Origin: Bacteroidales bacterium
GTDB taxonomy: Bacteria; Bacteroidota; Bacteroidia; Bacteroidales; UBA10428
DNA: 33,262 bases
Reading direction: 5' to 3'
Assembly: GCA_030626465.1 (NCBI GenBank)
Contig: DAOUOU010000003.1
Span: 1-33,262 of the forward strand
The notes under the pieces were generated by a model. That model saw only the letters and a program-made list of their open reading frames with translations, was not told the DNA's origin and ran no database searches. Of the stretch, positions 29,555 through 33,262 are shown piece after piece; the stretch's first letter is position 1, and each line of letters opens with the position of its first letter. Both the position numbers and the translations under genes were made by a program.

Positions 29555-30138
29555 TTCATCTCCGGATTCTCAGGGAAGTTTGACCACATCTCATACTTCT
29601 TACCCATGCGTTGAAGCGTTTTTGTCCAGAAGTGCTTGTTCATTGGCATCATAACTTCTTCGGGGGTTATGTCACCAACAACCCATGCATTCTCTGCAAG
29701 CTCATCCTTTAGTTGATTTGGTGACCATCCCGAGTATCCCAGGAAAAACCGGACCTGACCTTTTCCAATATTTCCTGAACTTATTAAGCGTTCAACTACT
29801 TCAAATTCCCCTCCCCAATAAATATTCCCCATCACATGAACACTATCAGGTATGATATCGCCAAGTGTATGAAGATAATGCAAGGTATTGGTGCTTACCG
29901 GTCCTCCAAGGGCAACATCTGCATTTATTTCAGGAAAGTTTTCAATTACATCGCTGATATTCACATCAACAGGTTTGTTCAGCACAAAACCGATTGTACC
30001 GTTCTCATTGTGCTCGGTGATCAGTACAATGGAACGCTTAAAGTAATTATCCAGCAAAAAAGGCTCACTTAACAATACTTTGCCTTTTTGTGGCTCCTGG
30101 TTATTATCCGGTTCGAAAAAATTATAATCCAATACCAT
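29551..30138 (-). CDS. yqgE: YqgE/AlgH family protein (UPF0301)
   Basis: FKRSIVL, GFVLNKP, GGPV, FFLGYSGWSPNQL and C-terminal PEMN. Confidence 0.95.
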   Translation of the reverse strand: MVLDYNFFEPDNNQEPQKGKVLLSEPFLLDNYFKRSIVLITEHNENGTIGFVLNKPVDVNISDVIENFPEINADVALGGPVSTNTLHYLHTLGDIIPDSVHVMGNIYWGGEFEVVERLISSGNIGKGQVRFFLGYSGWSPNQLKDELAENAWVVGDITPEEVMMPMNKHFWTKTLQRMGKKYEMWSNFPENPEMN

Positions 30139-30359
30139 AATAAACCTAAATTAATCGAGTTCCTGGTTGGCAGTAGTGCATTATGTTACAAAAATAAATT
30201 ATTTCCTGTATATCCAACTATGCTTAGATTATTTTATGGTTAAATTAACAATAAATGATTAGATTGTCTGATTTGAAAAAGACAAATACCATCTTTCTTT
30301 TTAGGAAAATTATGGTAAATATGCGTTCTTTGAAAAACCACCTATTACATATCTAATTA

Positions 30360-31808
30360 ATGAGCAGCTTAAAAAAACCTTCAATTCTTATTTCACTAGT
30401 ACCTGTTATTTTTCTTATCATCTTTCTTACTGCGAATGTTTTGATATATGGAGATGCCACACTTGAGGGGTCAAACCAGATCGCTCTTCTGCTTGCAGCT
30501 TCTTTGGCATCCTTAATCGCCTATCGTTATAAAATCAACTGGACAAGAATAAGCGATTCGATTATCAACAACATAGGGAAAGCCATGCCAGCTATGTTAA
30601 TATTACTACTGATTGGATCTCTTGCAGGAACCTGGCTGATCAGCGGGGTAGTGCCCGCAATGATCTTCTATGGCTTGAAAATAATTCATCCGAAGGTATT
30701 TTTGGTCACAGCATTGATTGCTAGTGGGCTGATCTCCATGGCCACAGGCTCTTCATGGTCTACAATTGCTACTATTGGTGTGGCTTTGCTGGGCATAGGC
30801 AAAGCATTAGGAATTCATGAGGGTCTGGTAGCAGGAGCAATTATCTCCGGAGCGTATTTTGGAGATAAAATGTCACCCTTGTCAGATACAACAAACCTTG
30901 CTCCTGCAATTGCAGGAACAGACTTGTTTACCCACATACGCTATATGGTTATTACTACCGGACCGTCAATAACCCTGGCCGGAATTATTTTCCTGATAAC
31001 AGGTTTTCTTCACAAATACAATAATGAAGTTTCTGATATAGAGGGAGTAATGCAGGCTATTGAAGGGAAATTCTACCTGTCTCCGGTTTTGCTGCTGGTT
31101 CCAATTGTATTAATCTTCATCATAATAAAAAAAGTACCTCCCCTGCCTTCTCTTATGATGGGCACTTTGCTGGGTGGATTTTTCGCCGTTTTTTTTCAAC
31201 CGGCACTTGTTAAGGAGATAGCCATGCATGATGCTCCTTACCTGGTTCAGTCATACAAAACATTTATGCAGGCTATGTTTGGAGAGATTAAGATTATCAC
31301 TGATAATGCAATTGTAAGTGAGCTTTTTAACACAGGGGGAATGAAGGGAATGTTAAATACTGTCTGGCTGATATTATCTGCAATGATTTTTGGAGGTTCT
31401 ATGGAGGCTGCAGGTTTCTTGTCGCGTATAACTGAGGCTATAATAAGTCGCGTAAAGTCGACCGGATCATTAATCATGTCCACCATTTTCACATCAGTTT
31501 TTTTCAATATTACGGCATCCGATCAATACATATCCATTGTAGTTCCCGGACGCATGTATTCTGATGTATACAGAAAAAGGGGGCTGAAACCGGAGGTTCT
31601 TAGCCGTACGCTTGAGGACGGAGGCACATTAACGTCTGTACTTATTCCATGGAATACATGCGGTGCAACGCAATCAAAAGTGTTGGGTGTGTCAACATGG
31701 ACATATCTGCCCTATTGTTTTTTCAATCTTATCAATCCATTGGTTGCCATACTAATTGGGTATCTCAATTATAAAATAAGAAGAACTGAAGAAACAAAGG
31801 AGGATTGA
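30360..31808 (+). CDS. nhaC: Na+/H+ antiporter, NhaC family
   Basis: Many TM helices; ATGSSWST, GAIISGAYFGDKMSPLSDTTNLA and SRTLEDGGT..LIPWN. Confidence 0.93.
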   Translation: MSSLKKPSILISLVPVIFLIIFLTANVLIYGDATLEGSNQIALLLAASLASLIAYRYKINWTRISDSIINNIGKAMPAMLILLLIGSLAGTWLISGVVPAMIFYGLKIIHPKVFLVTALIASGLISMATGSSWSTIATIGVALLGIGKALGIHEGLVAGAIISGAYFGDKMSPLSDTTNLAPAIAGTDLFTHIRYMVITTGPSITLAGIIFLITGFLHKYNNEVSDIEGVMQAIEGKFYLSPVLLLVPIVLIFIIIKKVPPLPSLMMGTLLGGFFAVFFQPALVKEIAMHDAPYLVQSYKTFMQAMFGEIKIITDNAIVSELFNTGGMKGMLNTVWLILSAMIFGGSMEAAGFLSRITEAIISRVKSTGSLIMSTIFTSVFFNITASDQYISIVVPGRMYSDVYRKRGLKPEVLSRTLEDGGTLTSVLIPWNTCGATQSKVLGVSTWTYLPYCFFNLINPLVAILIGYLNYKIRRTEETKED

Positions 31809-31881
31809 AAAGGAATAGTATCATTGTATGAACACTAATTTAATTTATTTATAAAATATTTATTTGCTAAAATCAATCAAA

Positions 31882-32520
31882 ATGCTGAAAACTTGGATTA
31901 CAGCAGTGAGACATGGTGAGACGAAATGGAATGTTGCCATGCGACTGCAGGGTATTCAGAACAGTGAATTATCAGAGAAAGGGAACCAGCAGGTTGAATC
32001 GGTTTCAAAGGAGCTGAGTAACAAAAAGTTTGATATGATTATTTCAAGCGATCTTGGCAGGGCCATAAAAACAGCAGAGGTAATTAATAAATACCATAAG
32101 CTTGATATTATCAGAGATCCTTCTTTGAGGGAAAGAAATTTTGGCATAATGGAAGGTCTTACCCGGGAGGAGATTCTGGAAAAGTATCCTGATGTTTTTA
32201 GTGCCTATCAGAAAAGGAAAGAAAGTTATAAAATACCCCAAGGCGATAGTCTTATTGAGTTTTATGAAAGAGTATTAACAGGATTAGAAAAGGTAATCAG
32301 TTTGAATAAAGGGAAAAGGATTTTGATTGTAACGCATGGAGGTGTACTCGATTGTATCATACGCATGATGTTTAACTATTCATTGTCGGCCCGTCGAAAT
32401 TTTTCAATTTACAATACTGCGATCAATATCTTTTCTGTCATGAATAATGAGTGGACACTTGAAGAATGGGGAAATTCAAATCATCTTAATACCGATGAAG
32501 CATCCAGTGAGTTCAATTAG
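31882..32520 (+). CDS. Histidine phosphatase (phosphoglycerate mutase family)
   Basis: RHGET, SSDLGRA, LRERNFG and VTHGG; start ATG 31882 (alternative TTG 31864). Confidence 0.93.
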   Translation: MLKTWITAVRHGETKWNVAMRLQGIQNSELSEKGNQQVESVSKELSNKKFDMIISSDLGRAIKTAEVINKYHKLDIIRDPSLRERNFGIMEGLTREEILEKYPDVFSAYQKRKESYKIPQGDSLIEFYERVLTGLEKVISLNKGKRILIVTHGGVLDCIIRMMFNYSLSARRNFSIYNTAINIFSVMNNEWTLEEWGNSNHLNTDEASSEFN

Positions 32521-32601
32521 CAAATTTGTCCCGGTATTGAATTATTGAATCATTAATTTTATATACCCAGCATAACTCTAAAAGAAATTAGTTATTTACG
32601 T

Positions 32602-32629
32602 TAAACCTTTTTATAATATTATCATCAAA
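32602..32629 (+). promoter_or_regulatory. Putative ECF sigma promoter (autoregulatory)
   Basis: TAAACC-N16-ATCAAA upstream of the ECF gene; a similar motif occurs at 33220-33247. Confidence 0.6.
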
Positions 32630-32661
32630 CAGAACAAAAAGTCCTCTGGCTGATAACAGGA

Positions 32662-33222
32662 ATGGTGCAAATGAAGGGTGAATATACCGATTCGGAACTC
32701 ATAAGACTTTTTCATGAGCCGGGGAAAAGTAACTATGCCTTTAACCTTATTGTGCTCAGGTACCAGGAACGATTGTACTGGCACATTCGAAAATTACTTA
32801 TTGACCACGAAGATACGGATGATGTATTGCAGGATACCTTCATTAAGGCCTGGAACGGATTGGATGGTTTCAGGGAGGATGCATCACTATATACCTGGTT
32901 GTACCGTATAGCTACAAATGAAGCTCTTAGTTTTTTAAGAAAGAGAAAGAAACGGTTTATATTGCCTTTGTTCGATAGTGAACATAAACTTGAAGAGAAA
33001 CTCGAAAGCGATGTATATTTCGATGGTGATACCATTCAAAAAAAATTGCAAAAAGCAATTCTCACCTTGCCGGAGAAGCAGAGGATTGTCTTTAATATGA
33101 GGTATTTTGATGAAATGAAATACGATGAAATATCGAAAATCCTTAATACAACTATAGGTTCTCTAAAAGCATCGTACCATCATGCAGTTAAAAAAATAGA
33201 AAATTTTCTATTGAGCGAATAA
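32662..33222 (+). CDS. RNA polymerase ECF-type sigma-70 factor
   Basis: Region 2 DDVLQDTFIKAW...LYTWLYRIATNEAL; region 4 LPEKQRIVF...YDEISKIL...GSLKASYHHA. Confidence 0.96.
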   Translation: MVQMKGEYTDSELIRLFHEPGKSNYAFNLIVLRYQERLYWHIRKLLIDHEDTDDVLQDTFIKAWNGLDGFREDASLYTWLYRIATNEALSFLRKRKKRFILPLFDSEHKLEEKLESDVYFDGDTIQKKLQKAILTLPEKQRIVFNMRYFDEMKYDEISKILNTTIGSLKASYHHAVKKIENFLLSE

Positions 33223-33247
33223 ACCTTTTATAATTTTATTAGTCAAA
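33220..33247 (+). promoter_or_regulatory. Second putative ECF promoter, overlapping the sigma stop codon
   Basis: TAAACC-N16-GTCAAA; the next ATG is at 33255. Confidence 0.6.
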
Positions 33248-33262
33248 GTAGAGAATGAAAAA

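Noticed and set aside
30141-30168. TAAACC upstream of yqgE/nhaC as a third ECF promoter
   Set aside because: There is no RTCAAA at the 16-nt spacing.
1813-33035. Numerous 60-101 aa antisense or alternate-frame ORFs in the track
   Set aside because: They lie within or across well-supported genes and show no recognisable motifs.

Overview
AT-rich chromosomal window from a Bacteroidota organism, most likely an anaerobic Bacteroidales-type. This rests on TAnnTTTG promoters, Gln after the signal peptides, and typical gene pairs such as holA/HSDR_N and yqgE/aminotransferase IV. In order it holds: the 3' end of enolase, a propeller-PP2C sensor, a convergent hybrid pseudokinase, two secreted hypotheticals, a TPR protein, a GT2 fusion and a 2-oxo-acid dehydrogenase E2. 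Next is a tandem array of four TPR-PD40 (PorE-like) paralogs with different C-terminal modules, plus a probable remnant of a fifth. It ends with GNAT, a SPOR-like protein with an isolated wza-wzc pair, HSDR_N/holA, rhomboid, a 9-bp-repeat MITE-like insert, aminotransferase IV, yqgE, nhaC, a histidine phosphatase and an ECF sigma factor flanked by two copies of a putative ECF promoter. The best candidate for an undescribed system is the TPR-PD40 array, especially the 1068-aa member with apparent helical repeats and a C-terminal membrane anchor instead of OmpA. No rRNA, tRNA, CRISPR array or intact transposase was seen. All family calls are motif recognition by eye, with no database searches.
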